DNA of 63,791 nucleotides, the filler included, from Octopus bimaculoides (Eukaryota), in NCBI RefSeq assembly GCF_001194135.2. It is 8 parts of 8 records of this genome, joined end to end, with 100 filler letters (N's around TTAATTAATTAA, not from the genome) between each part and the next. Parts side by side here need not be neighbours in the genome. Positions count along the whole stretch, not along the records: positions 1 to 17,049 come from NC_068983.1; positions 17,150 to 23,404 come from NC_068984.1; 6 more parts are not named here. One strand, 5' to 3'. Numbering within the stretch: position 1 is the first letter of the stretch; every line of letters starts with the position of its first letter. The position numbers were made by a program, and so were the translations under genes. Of this stretch, positions 11,569 to 23,504 are shown piece by piece. Below the pieces are notes generated by a model. It had not been told where the DNA came from. It saw only the letters and a program-made list of their open reading frames with translations, and did not search any database.

Positions 11569-12123
11569 CATGTATTTGGGGCCTGAAACCCACAACATAA
11601 AATTAGGTGGAAAATCGGAGAAAAATCTATGCTATATGTTAATAGATCTAAAAAAAGTGCAAGTTATGCCCAGCTGAAAAATCAAATATCCTTTTTAGAT
11701 CTAAGAATTCCACCGCACTGCTGAATGCTAACATTTGGGCAAGTTTCTTTTTGTGAATTGGAGAATATCACCCTTTCCGGATTGAGCAGCTGCATCTCAG
11801 ACTTAAGACCATAGCTGTTGATTCTACACCAACTAGCTTTAAGGCTTTACCGTTAAAGGGCATATAACTCTTATTCTTTTTCCTTTCTTTTTCCGGTTCA
11901 TGCGACCTTCTACCTTTTGTATCTACCATACTCTCGCTTTTTCTTGAGATTTCTCTTGTTCGGTTGTCCTATTTTGTAACTTGTATTGACCATGTGCTCA
12001 GAAGCTGAAGATTGCTTAGAGCCCTTAAAAACAACTGATAAAACATCTTCAATGTATGAAGTTGTTGGTAGCTCATAACTATATATTGTGTACATAAAAC
12101 AATATATAAATATATGCATATAT

Positions 12124-12862
12124 ATTCTGTTGTGTCTGGGGAGAGTCATTTTCTTTCAGTGCCTTATAATTTAACACACACACACACCGGTAAAATTTCC
12201 ACTGATTTACTTATTTATTTTTCTCAAATTTTCGTTGCGGCTTGCAAACTTTTCAATAGTTGTTGACGCTGTCCGTTATTCAAGCTGTGTTCTTTTTGTT
12301 TGTTTGTGTGCATGTGTGTGAGTCAGTGTGCGTGCGTATACACATGTATGTATGTATGTATGTATGTATGCATTCATGTAAGTGTGTGTATGCATATATG
12401 TATGTGTGTGTGCGTATGTATATATGTATATGTACGTTTGTCTGTATGTAGTCTGCATATTTATGTTTGTGTTTTCGTGTTTGTGTGTTTTTATGCATAT
12501 ATATATATATATAGTCATGTGCTTCAGTCTTCATTTGTGCATGTGTGTGTATGTGTGCTTGTCTGTTCATATAACTTACGTACCTATCCGTCTGTATGTC
12601 TATCTGTTTACTTTCATCTCCATATTCCTACATACATGTGCATATACATACACATGCACACACACACATACATACATCTATCTACATAACGGTCCACTAA
12701 CTATTCTACCTGTACATAAATATAAACTGTGTATATGTAAAGTTTGCAAGACGCAACGAAAATTTTAGAAAAATAAATAAGTAAATGAGTGGAAATTTTT
12801 CTGGTGAGTGTGTTAAAATATAAGGCACTGAAAGAGAATGATTCTTCCCAGACACAACAAAA
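12124..12862. repeat. Long inverted repeat pair (arms about 12124-12260 and 12739-12862) around a simple-repeat spacer
   Basis: CTGTTGTGTCTGGGGAGAGTCATTTTCTTTCAGTGCCTTATA...TTTTCGTTGCGGCTTGCAAAC is the reverse complement of the right arm. Confidence 0.85.
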
Positions 12863-12905
12863 CACACGAATTCATAAAGAATCTTGCAAACCAAATCCCA
12901 AAACG

Positions 12906-12952
<47 letters not shown>

Positions 12953-14360
12953 TATATATGTATGTATGTATGCATGTATGTATATAAATTTAATTTGGGC
13001 ATAAACTTTGTAGTTTGCTCTATAAATCTCGTCCGTGTGTTTTGGCAACCAGGCGAAATTTCACAACGAAAACCGATTGTATTAATGAAGATACACCGGA
13101 AATCTATGAATGTCCGCAAAATATATGTAAAAATGTCTAAACAGGATAGACTGGATTAAGCAAACACGCTTTATTGCATGATACAATTGTCTTATCTTCA
13201 CTTTACCAGCATATAATTGCCGAAATATTGTTATATAATAAATATATTAAGTTATTACATTACATCCATATTATTTCAGCAATACTGACTAATGAAGACT
13301 CCTCAGGTACGGACGCAAGATGTTTATATGTTTGTATGCATGTATGTGTATGTATATATATATATATATATNNNNNNNNNNNNNNNNNNNNNNNNNNNNN
13401 NNNNNNNNNNNNNNNNNNNNNNNNNNNNNNNNNNNNNNNNNNNNNNNNNNNNNNNNNNNNNNNNNNNNNNNNNNNNNNNNNNNNNNNNNNNNNNNNNNNN
13501 NNNNNNNNNNNNNNNNNNNNNNNNNNNNNNNNNNNNNNNNNNNNNNNNNNNNNNNNNNNNNNNNNNNNNNNNNNNNNNNNNNNNNNNNNNNNNNNNNNNN
13601 NNNNNNNNNNNNNNNNNNNNNNNNNNNNNNNNNNNNNNNNNNNNNNNNNNNNNNNNNNNNNNNNNNNNNNNNNNNNNNNNNNNNNNNNNNNNNNNNNNNN
13701 NNNNNNNNNNNNNNNNNNNNNNNNNNNNNNNNNNNNNNNNNNNNNNNNNNNNNNNNNNNNNNNNNNNNNNNNNNNNNNNNNNNNNNNNNNNNNNNNNNNN
13801 NNNNNNNNNNNNNNNNNNNNNNNNNNNNNNNNNNNNNNNNNNNNNNNNNNNNNNNNNNNNNNNNNNNNNNNNNNNNNNNNNNNNNNNNNNNNNNNNNNNN
13901 NNNNNNNNNNNNNNNNNNNNNNNNNNNNNNNNNNNNNNNNNNNNNNNNNNNNNNNNNNNNNNNNNNNNNNNNNNNNNNNNNNNNNNNNNNNNNNNNNNNN
14001 NNNNNNNNNNNNNNNNNNNNGTTGATAAATTAAATTAAATCACCAGCCCAATCATATTTTATTACGGATTAGTTCATTATAAGATTTTGTTTGTATTTTA
14101 CTTCCATTTTTTAAAATTTATTATTTCATTTATTAATTCATTTATAAGTTCACCCCTATTGATCGATACAAGTTCAAATTATACCAGTTCTATTCCGGCC
14201 TACTTATATTATGTCTATTGGTACTTCTATTTATTTTATTTTATTATATTATTTTTCTTCCTTATATATTAAATTATATTGTATTATTCTTATAACTGTT
14301 AACTCATGGAAGTATTCTTATCTAAATCATTATTATTACTATTCTAAATTCAAATTCATG

Positions 14361-15593
14361 TTATGATCTTTTACAGTCACTATTCGCCCTAACCTTCTTT
14401 TTAACTTTCCTATTCTTTTTGAACTTCATAAGAAATGTTGAGTGAATGTTATGCGTGCATGCCGGGATTGCATCAGTAAACTTGTTTAGCATGGTATTAT
14501 TATGGTTTTTCAGTATTAAATATGCCTCCCTAATGCATAATCCACATCTTTTAGATACAACTCCGAAAGGATGGGCGTTAGCCAAGATGAACCATGATAG
14601 TTCGAATGTTGCGTTTCTTTCCTTAAGGTCATGTATAAACGATGCCAGCGCAGTAGATGCCCTATATTTTGAGTTACTAAATGAGCTCATATGGCTTCTA
14701 TATCTTTGTTTAAAATCGATCGAGCTACCTATGTACACTCTTCTCTTTCCGTTCTGCATAAGAACGCTACATTTGTAAATTACGTTAGTCTGGCAGCAAT
14801 TTCCGCTAATCGGACATTTCGAGGGAACCCTACAATTGCATTTGGCTTGCGTCTTATTGGTTTTATTCTTAACTTTATTATTACAGCTATCTTCCCTACC
14901 GTTGCTATTATTATTAATAGTAATATTGTTCCCATCATCAACTGTATCCCCAACATCACTTTCACGTTTTCTAACACAAGGTACAGTAATTTCAGTATTT
15001 GTATTAGTAGTATTGTTACTAGGTCTCAAATTATCATATTTATTTCCATCAGGGTTATCCTTATTATTATCCTCATTAATGTTCCTACTATCATTATAGT
15101 GTCTAATTTTATTCCTATTCATTTTAGAGATGATAGATCCTAAATTTGGAGTAGCGGAATAAGCTAATTTTATTGTTGATTTATTACAAATGGTATAGTA
15201 CTTGTGGTGCATAGGGAAATTTTCCTTTAATAGTTTAAAAAATAATTTTGAAAGACCTCTTACTCTTAGTGAAAAGGGAGGGGCAAACAAAATAACACGA
15301 CGGATTCTAGATTTGGTCTTAGAGAATGACTCATCCCGTAGCTCCCGGTTACCATTTCTATACCTAGAGTAATTCATATTATTATCTCTATTTTTATTGT
15401 TACTATTAAAACTTTTATTTTTATTTTTATTATTCATCGCCTTTAAATCTAAATTCATGTCAGTCCTTATCGTGTTATTATTTTTATTTTCCTTTCCATT
15501 CCTATTTCTATTTTTATCCCTACTCACATTTTCTTCCCTATTACCTCTATTGTTATTATTTATAGTGTTCATCTTATTTTCTTCCATATCCAC
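14361..15593 (-). CDS. Penelope-like GIY-YIG endonuclease ORF without reverse transcriptase, with Asn-rich insertions (410 aa)
   Basis: RVILFAPPFS, KLLKENFPMHHKYYTICNKSTIKLAYS, CNCRVPSKCPISGNC, NVIYKC...VYIGSS, KQRYRSH, KRCGLCIREA, LNK, CTH; no stops in 410 codons. Confidence 0.85.
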   Translation of the reverse strand: MDMEENKMNTINNNNRGNREENVSRDKNRNRNGKENKNNNTIRTDMNLDLKAMNNKNKNKSFNSNNKNRDNNMNYSRYRNGNRELRDESFSKTKSRIRRVILFAPPFSLRVRGLSKLFFKLLKENFPMHHKYYTICNKSTIKLAYSATPNLGSIISKMNRNKIRHYNDSRNINEDNNKDNPDGNKYDNLRPSNNTTNTNTEITVPCVRKRESDVGDTVDDGNNITINNNSNGREDSCNNKVKNKTNKTQAKCNCRVPSKCPISGNCCQTNVIYKCSVLMQNGKRRVYIGSSIDFKQRYRSHMSSFSNSKYRASTALASFIHDLKERNATFELSWFILANAHPFGVVSKRCGLCIREAYLILKNHNNTMLNKFTDAIPACTHNIHSTFLMKFKKNRKVKKKVRANSDCKRS

Positions 15594-15791
15594 ATTTTCA
15601 TTTGTTTTTTTTTGCTATAATTACCATTCCCTTCATATTCAGGGTTCCATTTCCTATTGCACTTACGTCGGTTATTTTTCTGGTCATTGGCTATGCATTC
15701 GTTTCTAGAAGTTCTCCTTGTATACATATTATTATTATTATCATTATCACTGTCCTTGTTAAGTTTTCTTTGGTGTTTTTTCTCTGCATCT

Positions 15792-15878
<87 letters not shown>

Positions 15879-16588
15879 TTATATATATTTTTATACCAAA
15901 ATTAGGCAAAAATATTGTATCTGCTAACAAACGTAGCAAAATACTCACAAGTGAGTTTTTGTATTTATATCGATTTAAATGAGAGCTCAAAACTGATCCA
16001 TTGAAAATACTTTATTATGATAACGATAATGACCTATGATCATTTCGATGCGATATCCAAATTGATTCATGCATATTATAAAATATGGGATATTGCATCT
16101 CCTCAGGGCCTAATTATTAGTAGCAGGCAGACAATAAAAATAGATAACATTCATATACAACATTCATAGTTGACCCATGAAAACATGCAAAAAAAAACAA
16201 GTTGAAAAGACATGAGATGTAATACAACAGTACATCATAACGGTGTTGAAACCGTGNNNNNNNNNNNNNNNNNNNNNNNNNNNNNNNNNNNNNNNNNNNN
16301 NNNNNNNNNNNNNNNNNNNNNNNNNNNNNNNNNNNNNNNNNNNNNNNNNNNNNNNNNNNNNNNNNNNNNNNNNNNNNNNNNNNNNNNNNNNNNNNNNNNN
16401 NNNNNNNNNNNNNNNNNNNNNNNNNNNNNNNNNNNNNNNNNNNNNNNNNNNNNNNNNNNNNNNNNNNNNNNNNNNNNNNNNNNNNNNNNNNNNNNNNNNN
16501 NNNNNNNNNNNNNNNNNNNNNNNNNNNNNNNNNNNNNNNNNNNNNNNNNNNNNNNNNNNNNNNNNNNNNNNNNNNNNNNNNNNNNNNN

Positions 16589-16651
<63 letters not shown>

Positions 16652-16769
16652 AATGTGTAGATACATATACATTCATAATCATTTACGTATATAAAAGAAT
16701 AACATACAGATGCAAAATTAATCAATCAGTGCCCATTGGTTGAGGGAATTTTGAATTAGTGTACATTCA

Positions 16770-16930
16770 CACTAGCGTCTCCAGAGGGAAACGTATCTGG
16801 TTATACTTATTGAGCACTAATGGAAACGGCTGTAAGAAGTAGAGATTACCAATTTTTTGATAATAAATAATTATTGTTACCTTAACTCTCCAATTTCATT
16901 CCTTCATTTAACTGAACATGAACTTTATAT
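16770..16930 (+). mobile_element. Penelope-type 3' tail with hammerhead remnant
   Basis: GAAACGGCTGTA at 16823-16834 (3' half of a hammerhead), decayed core upstream, (TA)(TG)n about 90 nt downstream; same motif at 46043-46054. Confidence 0.5.
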
Positions 16931-16983
16931 ATGTGTGTGTGTGTGTGTGTGTAGGCGCAATGTCCCAATGGTTGAACCGGCCA

Positions 16984-17034
<51 letters not shown>

Positions 17035-17049
17035 ATATATATATATATA

Positions 17050-17149
17050 NNNNNNNNNNNNNNNNNNNNNNNNNNNNNNNNNNNNNNNNNNNNTTAATTA
17101 ATTAANNNNNNNNNNNNNNNNNNNNNNNNNNNNNNNNNNNNNNNNNNNN
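17050..17149. other. Assembly gap linker N44-TTAATTAATTAA-N44 (artefact)
   Basis: The same 12-mer inside N-gaps also occurs at 23449, 25244, 28955, 51091, 59742 and 62635 (the 100-bp, 44+12+44 layout was counted at 17094 and 23449); it places stop codons in all six frames. Confidence 0.95.
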
Positions 17150-17233
17150 AGCCACGGCCGACCAAAGCCTTGTGAGTGGATGTGGTAGACGGAAACTGAA
17201 ACAGGCGTGTTGTATATATGTATATATATAGGT

Positions 17234-17273
<40 letters not shown>

Positions 17274-17485
17274 TTTTGTGTATCTATGTTTGTCCCCCCT
17301 AACATCGCTTGACAACCGATGCTGGTTTGTTTATTCCCCGTAACTTAGCGGTTCGACAAAAGAGACCGATGGAATAAGTACTAGGCTTACAAAGAATAAG
17401 TCATGGGGTCGATTTGCTCGACTAAAGGGGGTGCTGCAGCATGGCCACAGTCAAACGACTGAAACAAGTAAAAGAGTAAAAGAGA
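17150..17485 (+). mobile_element. SINE family C (octopus OK-like), 5' part in gap
   Basis: GACCAAAGCCTTGTGAGTGGAT..GGTAGACGGAAACTGAAA, an internal (TG)n, and the tail CTTAGCGGTTCG...GAATAAGTACTAGGCTTACAAAGAATAAG; other copies at about 30225-30365, 33705-34020, 45465-45835, 46680-46850 (-), 47445-47590, 50200-50360 and 63290-63345. Confidence 0.85.
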
Positions 17486-18747
17486 GAGATATAATATATA
17501 TGAACATATATGTATGAATGTATATATGTATATGTATGTGTGTGTGTGTGTGTGTGAGTATGCATGTGCTATCATCGATTATATACGGCACAAATGTTCT
17601 AGTAATCATTAATCTACAGAACGTACACCACAGCTCTCACGTGCAGACACAGTTTGTACACGAATAGACGTGTATTAATGCAGCTTTTCATTTCTCAAAG
17701 ACACCTGACAGTGATAGGCTATTAGTGGTCTATTCCTTTCTAAATACAAACAAAGATTGCTTAGACAAGCAACAGCAGTAGGTCAGCATCAGAACTGCTA
17801 AATACATGTGTGTGCGTATGTATGTATATGCGCATACATATGTTTCTGATGTATACATATATGCATACGTACATATACTTCTACGTGTATAAATATGTGC
17901 ATATATACATACTTTTATATACTACTTCTAGAGACATATATGTTATATCTATATGTATGCAGGTAATTATGTATGTGTACACACACACACACATATATAT
18001 ATATAATTACACACATGTATGCATATAAACATATATACACACACATATATATATGTATATATATTCATGCACACATGTATATATTCATCGATATTATAGA
18101 AATTATATACGAGCGTACGCACACACAAACATATATATATACATATATATACACACACACACATGTATGGCTATAAACATATGTGTATGCATGCATATGC
18201 ACATGCAAATCTATACATATGCATACATATATATATGTATATGTATATATGTACACATACATATATATATATATATACATATACACATAATATACATATA
18301 CATACATATATGCATCTCTCTCTCTATATATATATACGCATTTCTATCTGTATGTATACATTTAATTACATGTATACGTGTGCATATATATGTATATATA
18401 TCAAGATGCATGTATACATACGGTCACACATACATACACACACACAGACATATATATATATATATATACGTATGTATAGATGGCAGTAAAAACAAAGCCT
18501 GAACAAAAATAAAAGACACAAAAATCTGTGCTGCTTCGATTTTCCAATTATAATGACACCAAAAGAAAATATAAAAAAAAAGATAAACATCCTTTAGTGT
18601 CTACAAGGATAAAACAGACATCTCTAAGCTCTGCATACATATCTGTGTGTTTGTGAGCATGTACGTTCGCATATAGGTTATGTTTTTGCTCATAACAGTG
18701 CATTGTAATTACAATACATCTCATGTGTGCGTGTGCCACTGCATGCA

Positions 18748-18783
<36 letters not shown>

Positions 18784-19338
18784 TATAAACTCGAGGGAAA
18801 ACACGTACATACATTGATATATGTATGCATGCAGTCATTCATGCATTCATACATGCTTATATTCACCCATACATAACTTCGTAGATTCATAAATACATGT
18901 ATACATATGCACGTAATTTCGTACATATCTTCATACATACGTGCAAACTTAATTTTAGGCATGGCATTTACTCATACATTCACATATCAATAAATATATA
19001 CATTCATTCATGCATACCTCCACACATTCAAATTGTCATGCATATATATATATATATATATATATATANNNNNNNNNNTATATATATATATATATATATA
19101 TATACATGCATTCACACACACACACACTCACATATATATATATACACTCATACATTTATAGAAAATGAATTTTCCAAGTATTTTGTCAAGTTTACTTTAT
19201 AATTACATTACACATAATCGTAATTACATTATATTGCGTAATGAAATTACTCAGTGCTTCCGAGATTTCATTCTTTATTGACAGATTGGACTGGAACGTA
19301 GCATCACTATGATGATGTTGATAATGATGACAATGATG

Positions 19339-19370
<32 letters not shown>

Positions 19371-19588
19371 CCTTTCTATTATAGGCAAAAGGCATCACAT
19401 TTTTTTAGGGGAGGGGACTAGTCGATTACATCGACCCTAGTGATTCACCGGTGCTTGATTCATCGATTCATCGAAAGGATGAAAGGCAAAGTCGACATTG
19501 GTAAAAATTTGAACTGAGAGCGTAGCGACAGGCGAAATACTGCCAAGTATTTCGTCCGACGCTCTAACGATTCTGCCAGCTCACCGCC

Positions 19589-19590
<2 letters not shown>
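19371..19590 (-). mobile_element. SINE family B
   Basis: Reverse complement of the family B pattern; further copies at 39725-39950 (-), 41215-41420 (-), 51255-51420 (+), 54690-54897 (-) and 56430-56570 (-). Confidence 0.85.
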
Positions 19591-19623
<33 letters not shown>

Positions 19624-19625
<2 letters not shown>

Positions 19626-19838
19626 ATAACAAAAACACCAGGACTTACAAATATATATAACATACAGAAAATTGCACTACTGGGCACTGCACACATCCTA
19701 CGCAAAACACTTTCAATACAGTAACCATAAGAGCACCACAGCACATACCCAAGGCACACAGAGCTGCGCTCGGTAGTGAAGTGAAAGCACGTTATAAAAA
19801 TAAAACTACTGAACAATAATAATAATAATAATAATAAT
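19624..19838 (+). mobile_element. R4/Dong-type 3' end, heavily 5'-truncated, within (AAT)n
   Basis: Near-identical to 3896-4090 in opposite orientation; (AAT)n on both sides. Confidence 0.85.
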
Positions 19839-20701
19839 CATCTAATTTATTTTCGGTACATAGGAAACAAAGCTCAAAACGGCAGACGTTATCAGGCAGC
19901 TAGCAATATATAGGGCCCAGCAATATATAGGACCCTAACGAGGGACCCAGCAAACCGCCAGTTATTTCATGGCGAGAGAACACAGTCTTGCATTTTTTTG
20001 TTGGTTTCAGTCATTGGTTTGTAACCATGCCAGAGTAGCAGTCTCAACAGTCTTAATCGATAACCTTGAGCTTATTACTTATTCCAGCCTTGTGCATATT
20101 CTATAAAGATTTCTATTCGTCGAATAGTAATAGAGCGTAAAAGAAGGAAAAAAAAAACCCTACACAGCACCGACTTTTGAATCACTGAAATTACAAATAC
20201 ATACAAACATAAACGGATATATATACTCTAGAAATATCCTATGATACGACAGGGCGACGAGTTGGCAGAATCGTTAACGGGCAACTCTCCAAAATGCTGG
20301 CATTGTGCCAAAATTTGAATGCAATATCTAATAATACATTTTATGCTAGAATTTCTTGATATGTAAATAACCGTTAAATATTGTCATATTGTCAAATGTT
20401 TATATATATATATATATGTAATCCTTTGAAACATATGTAGGAATAAAGTATGCAATTATAACATGCGTTTTCTCCAATCCTTAGATTCTTAAATATACTC
20501 AAATACCCAAAATTTCAAGGAGTTCCTGCCTTAAAAACAGGAACTAAACCACAGTTATTTTGTGTTCTTTGCTACGTTGGTTTCTATTAACCCATTTATT
20601 CTATCAGAAGAATTTTTATTCATTAAGATAGAAGAAATACACTTAATTATATATANNNNNNNNNNNNNNNNNNNNNNNNNNNNNNNNNNNNNNNNNNNNN
20701 T

Positions 20702-20739
<38 letters not shown>

Positions 20740-20789
20740 GAATTGATCTATTGTACAATGCTTTTACAATATTTAATCCTTTGTGCCTA

Positions 20790-21620
20790 TCGCAAAGAAG
20801 CATCATTTTAGGCTTTGCTCGATGGAATTACTAATCTGTCAAATGTCTATTTCTTTAGGTGTTGTCCTATATCTAAACTACCGCTCTTATAAACCGTACC
20901 ATAAGCCAAACAAGAAAGTCTCCTACATACACAAAATATCCTGTCACCCCGTCCTAGAGTGTTTAAAAATATGATGGCTAACATTATTAAAAGGATATAC
21001 AATCTCTCTGCTATAGAAAATTTTGATAAGGCAGCCCCCTACTATAACAATGCCCTAGATAACAGCGGCTTCAAAGATAAGATATATTACACATTTTCTG
21101 TTAATAAAATGTGTCATAAAAATAGACCTAAAAATAGAATCAGGAATATAATTTGGTTTGACCCTCCTTTCTCCCTAAATGTTGAAACTAACGGAAAATC
21201 ACAAATTTACGGAGATATGTAACAGACACTCAATTGAATTATCATATAGCTACTACCCATAAATGAACAACATCATTACTTGTAAACATCACTCCCAGTG
21301 TAATTGTTAAGATCCTGAAGTTGCTCACTTGACCAGATGTGCATGTCCAACTCCGTCGTATATGAGACAGGAGTCACAGCAACGCAAAATGATAACTTAA
21401 CCAAAAGAAGAGTTACATCGTGTTATGCAAAGGCAACTTGCTCAAAAAACGCTGTGCAAACCACATATGTCCTTTCCGATACATTGAGAGAAGTAAGGCC
21501 ACTAAGTTGGCTAGCCACGTATGGAGTTTGAAGATCGCGCCATATACAATCAATTTGAAAGCCGTAGAAAAATCTATGCTGTATGTTAATGGAACTAAGA
21601 AATGAAAGTTATGCATAGCT
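20790..21620 (+). pseudogene. Degenerate Penelope-like element (thumb to GIY-YIG)
   Basis: YKPYHKPNKKVSYIH, APYYNNALDNSGFKDKI...RNIIWFDPPFSLNVETN, KRCANHICPF...ATKLASHVWSLK in shifting frames. Confidence 0.8.
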
Positions 21621-22269
21621 GAGCGATCGCATATCCTAAGTATTTCGCTGCACTGCTGAAGTCCAGATCAGAGATTCTCAGCAAATGCAAACACATGGAC
21701 AAATTTCTTTCGGCGAATTGGAGGACACCGCATCTCTAGACTGAGCAGCAATTTTGCAGATTTTACACCTTTCTCCGGTTGACTCATTCTAGAACATTTA
21801 GCTTTATTATGGCTTTACTGCAAATGGAATTGAGCATTTTAGAGATCATTCGCTTGAAATCATGGTGTGCTCTCATTCCTAAGCCTATGACTGACCCATA
21901 TTGGCACTGGATATCTTGTCCTGGCTTGTCAGTAGTGTTCAGAGGGTCTGTGATGTGCTGTGGAAGTCTTATTAAACCTAAGACTTTAGGTTGTGCAGTT
22001 GCTGGCGAGGTGACTATCCGATGATCGATCAAGTAGAAGGGTGCCGAAGTGAGCATGGAAGCCGCAGACGCGGATCCAAGTGAAGTTGACTGCTGGTGTG
22101 ATAATGTCATGCACAGTCATTGGTGGGATTTTTTGCTTGGGCAAGGGTCAGTGATGGTTTTTCGCGGTCAAGGATGGATAGCTATCATGTATATGTAAAC
22201 ACACACATACGCACAGATATGTATGTATTTATATACGAAACACAAACACACACAGACACATGATTTTAG

Positions 22270-22900
22270 AAGGAAAATGTTGACAGTTATTTCAAAGATT
22301 CAACTGTGTAGCCTTCATTGGATGCGTATCGTCTTGTCGAAGCAGTAATACAGATGTGATATACTGCTATATATTTGTGGAAAGCAAAGTTTTTCAGGTG
22401 AAGATGTGTAAGTATATTTTCTGGCTTGACAGCTGAAGCTGTATAGAAATTATTTGGGTGGTTGAAAGGATTATCGATCGTGTAAATATTATCATTAGAG
22501 TCCATTCGAACATGCTGTAAACACAAGTGCTGAAAGCCAGATTTGTAGAAGAATACGTTACAGAGACGTTACAGAGCAGTCACATTCATTGATTTGTATT
22601 TTTATCATGATTTGAAATGTTAGATGCCAATCTCTCTACTCTGAAGACAGAGGCGAGATTTACGGTCATGTCAATATACATCCACTAATGGTTGCATATC
22701 CTTGACTTTTTTGTACACTTCATCTACCAACATTATACCTATTACGTAATCCCGTAACCCCTGAAAGAGCCGTTGGCACTGAAATACCATGCCTGTTCCC
22801 CTTAGTTTTCTGTATTTTTGTTCTCCATGTAAATCTGTCCTGTAAATAAAAAAAATATCTATATGCTTATGTAGGAAGGTCCATCTTCTGAATATTTTCA
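22270..22900 (-). pseudogene. Possible very old Penelope 3' end
   Basis: VFQCQRLFQGLRDYVIG resembles a decayed GIY-YIG motif; CCAATGAAGG...CTTTGAAATAACTGTC resembles a decayed hammerhead downstream. Confidence 0.3.
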
Positions 22901-22938
22901 ACTTTTGTTTCTCTCTATATATATTCGTATATATATGT

Positions 22939-22976
<38 letters not shown>

Positions 22977-23261
22977 ACACACACACGCACGCACACTCAA
23001 ACACATACACACACGTGTGCATATTTTTTATATATGAAACCTAAGCGTGTTTTGTTTATGGACATCGTTATTTACATACTTGCATACTTATATATACATA
23101 CAGGTGGATGTCGGTATGCACATACCTGTACGTATATATGCATATTCTCATTTACTATTTGTTTTTACATGACTTGAACGCAGCGTCTCCAATTGTAAGT
23201 AGTTTTCGTAAACTTATATCTTCCGACGCTACTCTATCTCTTTCTCTTTCTCTTCCTCTTC

Positions 23262-23400
23262 TTTTTTCCCCCTCTCGTTCTTCCTCTTTACTACTACGTA
23301 TCTCGCTTTACCCCTCTCGTTCTTCCTCTGTTACTACTACGTATCTCTTTTTTCCCCCTCGTACTTCCTCTCTTTCTCTTTTCCTCTCGTTGCTCACCTA
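23262..23400. repeat. Minisatellite, unit about 42 bp, about 2.5 copies
   Basis: CCCCTCTCGTTCTTCCTCT(T/G)TTACTACTACGTATCTC repeated. Confidence 0.8.
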
Positions 23401-23504
23401 TTCTNNNNNNNNNNNNNNNNNNNNNNNNNNNNNNNNNNNNNNNNNNNNTTAATTAATTAANNNNNNNNNNNNNNNNNNNNNNNNNNNNNNNNNNNNNNNN
23501 NNNN

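Noticed and set aside
17094-17105. Identical TTAATTAATTAA motif at seven sites
   Set aside because: Always embedded in N-gaps (centred in exactly 100 bp where counted) and stops all six frames; an assembly linker, not biology.
23262-23400. CRISPR-like periodicity (about 42 bp)
   Set aside because: Contiguous tandem units without unique spacers, in a eukaryotic context with no cas genes.
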